A stretch of DNA of 30,000 nucleotides, taken from positions 74,741-104,740 of the forward strand of contig VMSX01000030.1 of the NCBI GenBank assembly GCA_013791905.1. Direction: 5' to 3'. The notes beneath the pieces are model-generated. The model saw only the letters and a program-made list of their open reading frames with translations, ran no database searches and was not told where the DNA came from. Position numbers and translations under genes: made by a program. This DNA is from Rhodocyclaceae bacterium (GTDB lineage Bacteria; Pseudomonadota; Gammaproteobacteria; Burkholderiales; Rhodocyclaceae). Shown piece after piece: positions 1 to 6,531 of this stretch. Position 1 is the stretch's first letter, and the number at the start of each line of letters is the position of its first letter.

Positions 1-628
1 CCGATTTGACGAGCAACTGGATGGCGTGATCGTCAAGCTGCGCGGCAAAGCGTGGGTGGTCGGAGAGTTCCCAGGCCAGGGCATGTACGTATTGCTGGGT
101 GCGGTGAATGTGGTTGCCGGTTTCCGTATCGCGGATTTCTGCCAGATAGCCCAGCGCATGGATGCTGACATCCTGGATCAGCTGGTTTTCGGCCATGCGT
201 CGGGCCACCTCGGCTTCCAGCCAGGCATTTTGCTCGGTAAGCCGGTCGCGAGCCTGTTTCAGTTCAAGCTGGGTTGCTACCCGTGCCAGCACGACGGCAG
301 GCTTGATCGGTTTGGCGATGTAATCGACCGCGCCGAGCTTGAGGCCGCGCTCTTCGCTGATCTCGTCGTCGAGCGCGGTCACGAAAATCACCGGAATGTC
401 GTGGGTGGCCGGATCGGCGCGCAGTTGGGACAGGACAGCATGACCATCCATGCCGGGCATCATCACATCGAGCAGGATCAAATCAGGCCGGGGCGGAGTC
501 GATATTGCCCGCAGCGCCTGTTCACCGGAGCTGGCGGCGCGCACGCGGTAATGAGGGCGGAGCACCCACGCCAGAACTGCCAGGTTGGCGGGTTCGTCAT
601 CGACGATCAGGAGAGTTGTTTCGGTCAC
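1..628 (-). CDS. Response regulator, CheY-like receiver plus HD-GYP-type domain (3' end runs off the window)
   Basis: Own minus-strand translation from GTG 628..626, with an in-frame TAA 12 nt upstream: VTETTLLIVDDEPANL..DLILLDVMMPGMDG..AVDYIAKP (receiver), then ..LAEIRDTETGNHIHRTQQYVHALAWEL (start of HD-GYP). It is absent from the ORF track because it has no stop in the window. The listed 26..664 + ORF is its antisense shadow. Confidence 0.85.
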   Translation of the reverse strand, partial: MTETTLLIVDDEPANLAVLAWVLRPHYRVRAASSGEQALRAISTPPRPDLILLDVMMPGMDGHAVLSQLRADPATHDIPVIFVTALDDEISEERGLKLGAVDYIAKPIKPAVVLARVATQLELKQARDRLTEQNAWLEAEVARRMAENQLIQDVSIHALGYLAEIRDTETGNHIHRTQQYVHALAWELSDHPRFAAQLDDHAIQLLVKS

Positions 629-649
629 GCGTTGCGCTTACTGAAAGCC

Positions 650-1687
650 TCATGGGGAACCTGACGTCGCAGTATAACCAAGGCGTCGTTCTTTCAGGGT
701 CTGGGCGAATTGAAACACCGTCATTGCGTAAAAGCTGCTGCGGTTGTAACGTGTGATGACATAGAAATTCTGATAACCGAGCCAGTATTCCATTGGCGCG
801 GCGGGTGTGACCAGATCGATCAGTGCGGCGGGGGCATCGGGAGCAGCGTCTGGGATGTCCACACCGAAACCGGCCATTTCCGCCGGGCGGCGCTTGGGCA
901 GGATGCCTTCGGTAATGAGGGGTTGGGACGCCGCCCCGCCAGTCCCACGGGGATTTCCTTCGGTCACACCGACTTTTAACGCGATCGGCCCGCCTTCCTC
1001 CCAGCCGTGTTCCTTCAGAAAATTGGCGGCGCTGCCGATGGCGTCGGCCGTGCTGCCGACCAGATCGATCCGCCCATTCCTGTCGAAGTCGACGGCGTAG
1101 GCGCGAATGCTGGAAGGCAGGAACTGCGGCAGGCCGATCGCGCCGGCATAGGAGCCGCGATAGCTGTCGGGCGCGCGGCCCTCATCCTGCGCCAACAGCA
1201 ACAGTGCTTCGAGTTCGCGGCGAAACAGGTCGGCGCGCGGAGGGTAATCGAAGGCTAGCGTGGCCAGCGCGGCGAAGCTGTCGTAACGGCCCAGATGTTT
1301 GCCGTAAAAGGTTTCGATGCCGATGATGGCGACGATGATTTCTGCAGGAACACCGGATAACGCCTGCGCCTTGGCGAGCGTGGCCTGATGCTTGCGCCAG
1401 AAGTCGAGCCCGGCGGCGATGCGGCGCGGTTCGATGAAGCGCTGGCGATAGTTCTTCCATGAGCGGATGCCCGGATCGGCAGGGGGCGCGATGGCTTTCA
1501 GGACCGAGGCGATTGGCCGGGTTTTCTCGAACAGCGCGGTGAGTCGCTCGGCATCCATACCGTGACGAGCCTGCATGGCGGCGATGAAAGCTTGAACATC
1601 ATCGCGCTGGGCGTAATTGTTGGCCGGGGCGGCATGGGAGACGGGAGACAGAAGCAGGCAGCAAAGCAGCAGAGAAAATCGTGTCAT
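650..1687 (-). CDS. mltB: Lytic murein transglycosylase B
   Basis: 345-aa ORF with a signal peptide (LLLCCLLLSPVSHA). MltB-type motifs are present: IIGIETFYG, GSYAGAIGLPQFLPSS, DFDRNGRIDL. Its start shares ATGA with the upstream gene's stop at 1684..1687. Confidence 0.9.
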   Translation of the reverse strand: MTRFSLLLCCLLLSPVSHAAPANNYAQRDDVQAFIAAMQARHGMDAERLTALFEKTRPIASVLKAIAPPADPGIRSWKNYRQRFIEPRRIAAGLDFWRKHQATLAKAQALSGVPAEIIVAIIGIETFYGKHLGRYDSFAALATLAFDYPPRADLFRRELEALLLLAQDEGRAPDSYRGSYAGAIGLPQFLPSSIRAYAVDFDRNGRIDLVGSTADAIGSAANFLKEHGWEEGGPIALKVGVTEGNPRGTGGAASQPLITEGILPKRRPAEMAGFGVDIPDAAPDAPAALIDLVTPAAPMEYWLGYQNFYVITRYNRSSFYAMTVFQFAQTLKERRLGYTATSGSP

Positions 1688-3648
1688 GGCTTGAAGGCCG
1701 CCACTCGGCGGCGTAAATCATCAATGGTCAGTGGGGATGGGGCATCGTAACGCAAGCTGGCATACAGCGCAGCAATTGCCTGCATGTCCGCTGCGGTTTC
1801 AGGTAGTGCGGCAGCAACCCGCCGGGCATACTCCTGCGGGCCTTCCCAACTGTGCCGGGCGAGGCCACGTCGCGCCAGTCGGCGCGACAGCTTGCGCCAT
1901 TGCCGTTCTACGGGATCGAGACGTGGCCGGCGATAGAGCATCCAGCCGGCCAGCACCAGCAGCATGATGCCGGAGAGGAGGGCGAGCGTTGCCGTCATGC
2001 TGCGCCAGTCCGGCGCAGCCATGCCCAGCCGTTTGAGAAAGTCGCGCTGCCGCTCCGGGTTGTAGCCGAGCACCCACTGGTTCCAGGCATTGCTGACCGC
2101 CCACCAGCGAAAGCGCGCTTCGCGCAGCCAGTCGAGGCCGCTGCCAGCCAGCCAGGGCAGCGGCTCGCCAGCCGGCACGGCGGCGGCAAGATTCTGTTCG
2201 ATGCGCGCCGGCGCGCTGACGGCAGTGGGATCGACACGCAGCCAGCCCTGACCGTCCAGCCAGACCTCGGCCCAAGCGTGGGCGTCAGTCTGGCGGATCA
2301 CCCAGGTGTCATCGACAGGGTTGCGTTCACCACCCTGGTAACCGGTGACAACGCGTGCCGGCACGCCGGCGGCGCGCATCAGCACGACAAACGAGGCGGC
2401 GAAGTGCTCGCAAAAACCGCGCTTGTAGTCGAACAGGAATTCGTCGGCGACATGCAGGCTCATCAGGGGCGGCTGCAGCGTATAGATAAAGCGCTGCGCA
2501 CGCATGAATTCGATGGCGCGTTGCAGTCGCTGCCGGTCGCTGTCGCCCGCTGCCAGCCAGCTTGCGCCGAGGGCCAGCGTGCGCGGATTGTCCGTGGCCG
2601 GCAGGGCCAGCGCCTCGGCCAGTACCAGACGATTTTCAGGCGGGTAGCGCACGGTCGGTTGCGAATGGAGTTCGTAGCGGATGCGCTCGCGCACCGGTTT
2701 TTTAGCACGGAGCTGGAAGTCCGAAGTGCCCATAACATTGACATTGCCGGTGTCGGCGGGCAGGGCGGTAGGAAATTCAAGCGCGAACAGCCAGGGTTTG
2801 TTGTGCGGCTCCAGCGTGACAGCATAGGCATAGACAGTGCCTTCACTGCGTGGCTGATAAAACAGCCGCTGGTCCATCGACTGGATGCCTGCTTGCCAGT
2901 TGCGGCCTTCCAGACGAGCCAGCACCGGGCCGCGCCAGTAAAGTTCCTGCTTGGGCGGCACCGGGCCGTCGAACTTGGCGCGAAAGGCGATGGCGTCGGA
3001 CTGGATCAGGTTGTTGATCGCGCCGGGCGACATGTTGTCCGACAACCCGGTCAGGCCGCTATGAGCGTCGCTGGGCAAGCCCCACAGTGGGCCGGAGATG
3101 CGCGGAAACAGGACGAACAGGACCAGCATGAAGGGCATGGCCTGTACCAGCAGCAGCCCGGCAAGGCGGAGCAGGCTGGTCGCGCGTGCCTGCGCATCGG
3201 TCAGGCTGGCGAGCGCCGCAGTGGCGATGAGCAGGGTGCCGATCATGGTGAACGCCACCAGGATCGACTGATTCTCGAAAAACTGCGTGAGTGTCAGGAA
3301 ATAGGCGAGCAGCACCACGGCCAGCCCGTCGCGCGGCGCCCGCGCCTCGAGTTGCTTCAGCGCGAGAAAAATCAGCAGCAGCGCCACGCCGGCGCGCTGG
3401 CCGAACAGCGTGCGGTATTCCATCAGCACGCCCGCCGTGCCGGCGAGGCTGACAAAGATCAGCACCCAGCGCGTCGGCAGCGGCTGGCGCCACCAGGCCA
3501 GCGCGGCACGCCAGATGAATGCCGCGCCGGCCACGGCGGCGAGCCATAACGGCACTTGCGGCACCAGCGGCGCGTAAGCCGCCAGCCCCGTCGCCAGCAG
3601 CCACCAGGTCTGCGCCGGGGTGAGCGGGTGAGTGGGTACCTTAGACAT
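1684..3648 (-). CDS. Transglutaminase-like membrane protein (TgpA-type: N-terminal multi-TM region, transglutaminase core, C-terminal TM)
   Basis: Cys-His-Asp core context: GFCEHFAASFVVLMRAAGVPARVVTGYQGG ... DAHAWAEVWLDGQGWLRVDPT. I place the start at ATG 3648 (MSKVPTHPL). The track start at 3771 would read through repeat A1. Confidence 0.85.
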   Translation of the reverse strand: MSKVPTHPLTPAQTWWLLATGLAAYAPLVPQVPLWLAAVAGAAFIWRAALAWWRQPLPTRWVLIFVSLAGTAGVLMEYRTLFGQRAGVALLLIFLALKQLEARAPRDGLAVVLLAYFLTLTQFFENQSILVAFTMIGTLLIATAALASLTDAQARATSLLRLAGLLLVQAMPFMLVLFVLFPRISGPLWGLPSDAHSGLTGLSDNMSPGAINNLIQSDAIAFRAKFDGPVPPKQELYWRGPVLARLEGRNWQAGIQSMDQRLFYQPRSEGTVYAYAVTLEPHNKPWLFALEFPTALPADTGNVNVMGTSDFQLRAKKPVRERIRYELHSQPTVRYPPENRLVLAEALALPATDNPRTLALGASWLAAGDSDRQRLQRAIEFMRAQRFIYTLQPPLMSLHVADEFLFDYKRGFCEHFAASFVVLMRAAGVPARVVTGYQGGERNPVDDTWVIRQTDAHAWAEVWLDGQGWLRVDPTAVSAPARIEQNLAAAVPAGEPLPWLAGSGLDWLREARFRWWAVSNAWNQWVLGYNPERQRDFLKRLGMAAPDWRSMTATLALLSGIMLLVLAGWMLYRRPRLDPVERQWRKLSRRLARRGLARHSWEGPQEYARRVAAALPETAADMQAIAALYASLRYDAPSPLTIDDLRRRVAAFKP

Positions 3649-3658
3649 TGCTTTCGGA

Positions 3659-3806
3659 GCCTTGCCGCCGGGCCGCCCCAAGGCAAGGCGGCACGCGGCG
3701 CCAGCCGCAATCCGCACCCAAGCTTGAATGTGGACGTCCCGTAACAGACGAGCGCAGCGAGCAACAGTCACCTCTCCCGAGAGGGAGGGGCTGGGGGAGG
3801 GCGGGT
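3659..3806 (-). repeat. Structured intergenic repeat, type A, copy A1
   Basis: The plus strand reads GCCTTGCC-gccGGGCCGCCCCAA-GGCAAGGC ... GACGAGCGCAGCGAGCAACAGTCA-CCTCTC..GGGAGG-GGCTGGGGGAGGGCGGG. It fills the whole gap between the DUF58 stop (3807) and the tgpA-like start (3648). Strand is given as the sense in which the C-rich end comes first. Confidence 0.9.
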
Positions 3807-4781
3807 CTAATTTTCATAGAGCGCGAGCGCCTTGAGGCAGGCGTGGGTGTGCTCCGGGCCATGCGCCTGGGGGATATTGCCACCAGGCAAACGCAGGCCC
3901 CAGGACACTCCGGCGGCTTCGGTGTCGAGTACCCAGCGCGTCAATACCGACAGACGTGTTTCGACATCCATGCGCTGCGGCAGCATGTCCCAGTCGAGCC
4001 AGAGCGCCTGTGCAGCCGTGCCGGTGAACTGCTTGGTTTGCAATGGCGCCTCCGGACCTTGTCGCGCGACGGCTTTCCAGGCGACGTGGTGGGGCGGGTC
4101 GCTGGGCTGGTGACGCTTGAGGCCGGCAAAATCCTCATCGCCGCTGTCACCGGGCAGGAGCCCGCCTTCGATGCCACTGAAAGTCGGCGCTGGCGGGACG
4201 GCGCTGGCCGGTTGCGGATAAACCAGGCAGGTCAGGGCAGGCACGGCATAGCTCCAGGCGCGGATCAAACCCAGTGGCCAGAGCGTTTCAATGGTGACGT
4301 GCGGCATGGCGAGCCAGCCGCGATGCGTGGCGGGCTGCGGCAGCAGCACCCGTGCGCTGCCGCCCGGTGGCACGGTCATCGCCATGACCGCCTGTCCGGG
4401 CAGGAACAAGCGCAGCAGATGGCGTGGCCGCGGGTCCGGATTGTGCAGGATCAGCGGAAAGCGCGCGGTGTCGCCGGCAAATACCGGCAGGGCGGCGCCG
4501 ACGGTGATGGAGAGTCCGGCCTGGTTCCGAAAGGTATGCAGGATCGTGGCGACCCCCAGGCCGGCAAGCAGGAAGACCAGACCGTAGCCGAGGCTCAGGT
4601 TGTAATTGATCGCGCCGATCAGCATGACGATCAGCGACACGCCATACAACAGGCCGGCCCGACTCGGCAAGACATAGACGCGGCGCTGCGAGAGGACGAC
4701 GGGCACCGCTTCGGGTGGCCGCACGCGCAGTGCCCAGGCGGTGAAACGGTTGGATAGATTGCGACGCAGAGCAGGCAGCAT
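3807..4781 (-). CDS. DUF58 domain protein (the usual partner of MoxR/TgpA-type genes)
   Basis: Two N-terminal TM helices (LLYGVSLIVMLIGAINYNLSLGYGLVFLLAGLGVATIL). The DUF58-like core is DFAGLKRHQPSDPPHHVAWKAVARQG..LQTKQF. I prefer the start at ATG 4781 (MLPALRRNL). The track start at 4841 would overlap the divergent gene. Confidence 0.75.
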   Translation of the reverse strand: MLPALRRNLSNRFTAWALRVRPPEAVPVVLSQRRVYVLPSRAGLLYGVSLIVMLIGAINYNLSLGYGLVFLLAGLGVATILHTFRNQAGLSITVGAALPVFAGDTARFPLILHNPDPRPRHLLRLFLPGQAVMAMTVPPGGSARVLLPQPATHRGWLAMPHVTIETLWPLGLIRAWSYAVPALTCLVYPQPASAVPPAPTFSGIEGGLLPGDSGDEDFAGLKRHQPSDPPHHVAWKAVARQGPEAPLQTKQFTGTAAQALWLDWDMLPQRMDVETRLSVLTRWVLDTEAAGVSWGLRLPGGNIPQAHGPEHTHACLKALALYEN

Positions 4782-4792
4782 GGCCCTATGAT

Positions 4793-5497
4793 ATGCAGCT
4801 TGCGCCGACTTTGTCTGGAGACTGCTTGAAATCAATCGCACTTTTCATCGCCTTGCTGCTGGCCTTGCTGGCCTTGCCCATGCTGCTGCCCTCCGGGCCG
4901 GGCAAGCGCCCGGACGCGAACCCTGTAACCCTACCCTGGCAAATCGAACGCCTGCCCGATGGCGGGTCGCGCGTGTTCGGCCTGACGCTAGGCCGCAGCA
5001 CGCTGGCAGATGCCCGCCAACAACTGGGCGGTGACGTGCAGGTTGCCCTGATCGTGGCGCCGGGCGAGACCGGTTCGCTCGAGGCCTATTACGAGAGCAT
5101 TCACGCCGGCGCCGTGAAGGGCAAGATGGTCCTGACGCTGGATACTTCGCTCGCGCAGCGCGAACAGATGATCGCGCGGGCGCGCAAGGTTGATTACATG
5201 CAGAGTGCGGCGCGGCGGGTCGAGCTCGGTGCTGACGACCTGCTGCAGGCGGACCGGGCAACTATCATCGCGATTGCTTTCATTCCGGCGGCGAACCTTG
5301 ACGAAGAAGTGGTGCTGCAACGCTTTGGCGTGCCGGGCGAACGACTGCGCAGCAGCGAGCACAAGGAACATTTTCTCTACCCCGACCTGGGGCTTGAGTT
5401 GCAACTCGACGCCAAGGGCAAGGAAGTGCTGCAATATGTCGCGCCCCGCGATTTTGCCCGATTGCGCGAACCGTTGGCGACTTCGACAGTGCGGTAG
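4793..5497 (+). CDS. Hypothetical exported or membrane-anchored protein
   Basis: 234-aa ORF with an N-terminal hydrophobic segment (IALFIALLLALLALPMLL) and GC3-rich codon usage. I recognise no family. An alternative TTG start exists at 4826. Confidence 0.6.
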   Translation: MQLAPTLSGDCLKSIALFIALLLALLALPMLLPSGPGKRPDANPVTLPWQIERLPDGGSRVFGLTLGRSTLADARQQLGGDVQVALIVAPGETGSLEAYYESIHAGAVKGKMVLTLDTSLAQREQMIARARKVDYMQSAARRVELGADDLLQADRATIIAIAFIPAANLDEEVVLQRFGVPGERLRSSEHKEHFLYPDLGLELQLDAKGKEVLQYVAPRDFARLREPLATSTVR

Positions 5498-5665
5498 CGG
5501 ATTTCAGTTTATTGCAGCAGTCTCGCCGCCGGGCCGCCCCAAGGCGAGACGTCACGCGGCGCCAGCCGCAAACCGCGCCCAAGCTCGACCGGGGGCTCCC
5601 CGTGATAGTCGAGCGTAGCGAGCAACAGTCACCTCCCCGTGAGGGGAGGATGGGAGGGGCGGGCT
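5498..5665 (-). repeat. Structured intergenic repeat, type A, copy A2
   Basis: GTCTCGCC-gccGGGCCGCCCCAA-GGCGAGAC ... GTCGAGCGTAGCGAGCAACAGTCA-CCTCCCC-GTGA-GGGGAGG-ATGGGAGGGGCGGGC. It fills the convergent gap from the stop at 5497 and overlaps about the last 11-12 codons of the HicA-like gene. Confidence 0.9.
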
Positions 5666-5937
5666 CTTTCCGCTTCGTACGCCGATACGCTGATGCCGGC
5701 ATGGGTGAGGAATTCCCGCAGGTGCTTGATGTCCTGCCGGTTGAAGACGCTGCCCTGGTGTGGATGGTGCAGGAAGTATTCGTGGTGGTTGAGCAGCACG
5801 CGAAACCGCGCGCCATGCACCGGTTCGACCGATGCGCCGAGATGATTCAACAGCGACTCGATCTCCCTCCAGTGGATATTGGCGCTGACAGGTTCCTGAA
5901 ACAGACTGCGCAACAGATGCAGATGTTTATGGCTCAT
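5629..5937 (-). CDS. HicA-family toxin-like protein (orphan, no HicB partner seen)
   Basis: 102 aa from ATG 5937: MSHKHLHLLRSLFQEPVSANIHWREIESLLNHLGASVEPVHGARFRVLLNHHEYFLHHPHQ..DIKHLREFLTHAGI. This matches my recollection of the YcfA/HicA pattern (..I.W.dieaL...LGa......gs......g....fHrPHp....k..v..vr.fL...G). The track start at 6060 reads through repeat B1 and the tRNA. Confidence 0.6.
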   Translation of the reverse strand: MSHKHLHLLRSLFQEPVSANIHWREIESLLNHLGASVEPVHGARFRVLLNHHEYFLHHPHQGSVFNRQDIKHLREFLTHAGISVSAYEAERARPSHPPLTGR

Positions 5938-5940
5938 GAT

Positions 5941-6025
5941 CGTGCCTCCGTAGGGCCGCCCCCAAGGGGACACGCGCCCCCCTGTGGGGGCAGCGAGTCG
6001 ATGTTGCGAGCGTGGGGGGCCATTA
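5941..6025 (-). repeat. Structured intergenic repeat, type B, copy B1
   Basis: The plus strand reads CGTGCCTCC-gtaGGGCCGCCCCCAA-GGGGACACG, then GCCCCC-ctgt-GGGGGC-AGCGAG..TGTTGCGAGCGTGGGGGGCCATTA. It lies between the tRNA-Ser 3' end (6033) and the hicA-like ATG (5937). Confidence 0.9.
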
Positions 6026-6032
6026 TTTCTCC

Positions 6033-6122
6033 TGGCGGAGGTGGTGAGATTCGAACTCACGAACGCCTTGCGACGTTGCCGGTTTTCAAGACCGGTGCAT
6101 TCAACCGCTCTGCCACACCTCC
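6033..6122 (-). tRNA. tRNA-Ser (anticodon UGA)
   Basis: The 90-nt minus-strand sequence is GGAGGTGTGGCAGAGCGGTTGAATGCACCGGTCTTGAAAACCGGCAACGTCGCAAGGCGTTCGTGAGTTCGAATCTCACCACCTCCGCCA. Acceptor stem GGAGGTG/CACCTCC, anticodon stem CCGGT/ACCGG with loop CTTGAAA, long variable arm, T-arm GTGAG-TTCGAAT-CTCAC, encoded CCA. Confidence 0.95.
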
Positions 6123-6152
6123 GTAATACTCACGAATGCGAAATGCGGCGCG

Positions 6153-6158
6153 ATTATA
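6153..6158 (-). promoter_or_regulatory. Possible -10 box (TATAAT) for tRNA-Ser
   Basis: The minus strand reads GGGCTATAATCGCGCC about 30 nt upstream of the tRNA 5' end, overlapping the stop codon of the YkgJ-like gene. There is no convincing -35. Confidence 0.3.
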
Positions 6159-6531
6159 GCCCGCCCAGCGGAGGTAGACCGTGGCGTCTGCGGGCTTCAT
6201 CGCAGGCTTCGTCGCCACAGCCGAAAGCGGTGAGTGGCGCAAATTCGCTGCAGGCGCTGGGCCGCTGCGGGTAGATGGCACAGCTCACTGCCACGCCGAC
6301 TGCGCCTTCAAGGGCGATGCAGCGCCCCGGCAGGTCGGGATGTTCGCGCATGCAGGCGGTCGTCGCGGTGTAGGGCTCGGTCATGGCGGCAGGCACCCAA
6401 CCGCCGGGCGCGCTATCGAGTTCGACGCGGGGCAGGGTGACGCGATAAGCGACGCAACAGGCGCCACAGGCCTGGCAGACAGAATCCGGAAAAATGGAGG
6501 CACCTGCCGGGACTGTCTGGCCTACCCGCAA
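6154..6531 (-). CDS. YkgJ-family cysteine-cluster (CxxCxxCC) protein
   Basis: The CQACGACC motif and further Cys residues ([26 protein letters not shown]) fit the UPF0153/YkgJ type. The start is uncertain. TTG 6531 overlaps the nrdJ stop by 10 nt. Alternatives are TTG 6549, TTG 6558 and ATG 6600 (track, 79-nt overlap). Confidence 0.65.
   Translation of the reverse strand: MRVGQTVPAGASIFPDSVCQACGACCVAYRVTLPRVELDSAPGGWVPAAMTEPYTATTACMREHPDLPGRCIALEGAVGVAVSCAIYPQRPSACSEFAPLTAFGCGDEACDEARRRHGLPPLGGL

Noticed and set aside
26-664. 212-aa plus-strand ORF at the left edge
   Set aside because: It is antisense to a clearly recognisable receiver/HD-GYP response regulator on the minus strand, and its own translation has no recognisable motifs.
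1852-3549. Long alternative-frame or antisense ORFs in the track, for example 1852..3549 +, 3648..4757 +, 6618..8021 +, 8028..9326 +, 7384..8625 -, 11300..13399 -, 18274..18918 -, 27973..28941 -, 23739..24497 +
   Set aside because: Each lies entirely within, and antisense to or out of frame with, a gene that has clear family motifs. Their translations are Arg/Gly/Ala/Pro-rich low-complexity sequence, typical of shadow ORFs in GC-rich DNA.
5498-6122. Genomic island integrated at the tRNA-Ser 3' end (hicA region)
   Set aside because: I found no integrase and no direct repeat of the tRNA 3' segment anywhere in the window. The segment holds only one small gene plus repeats.
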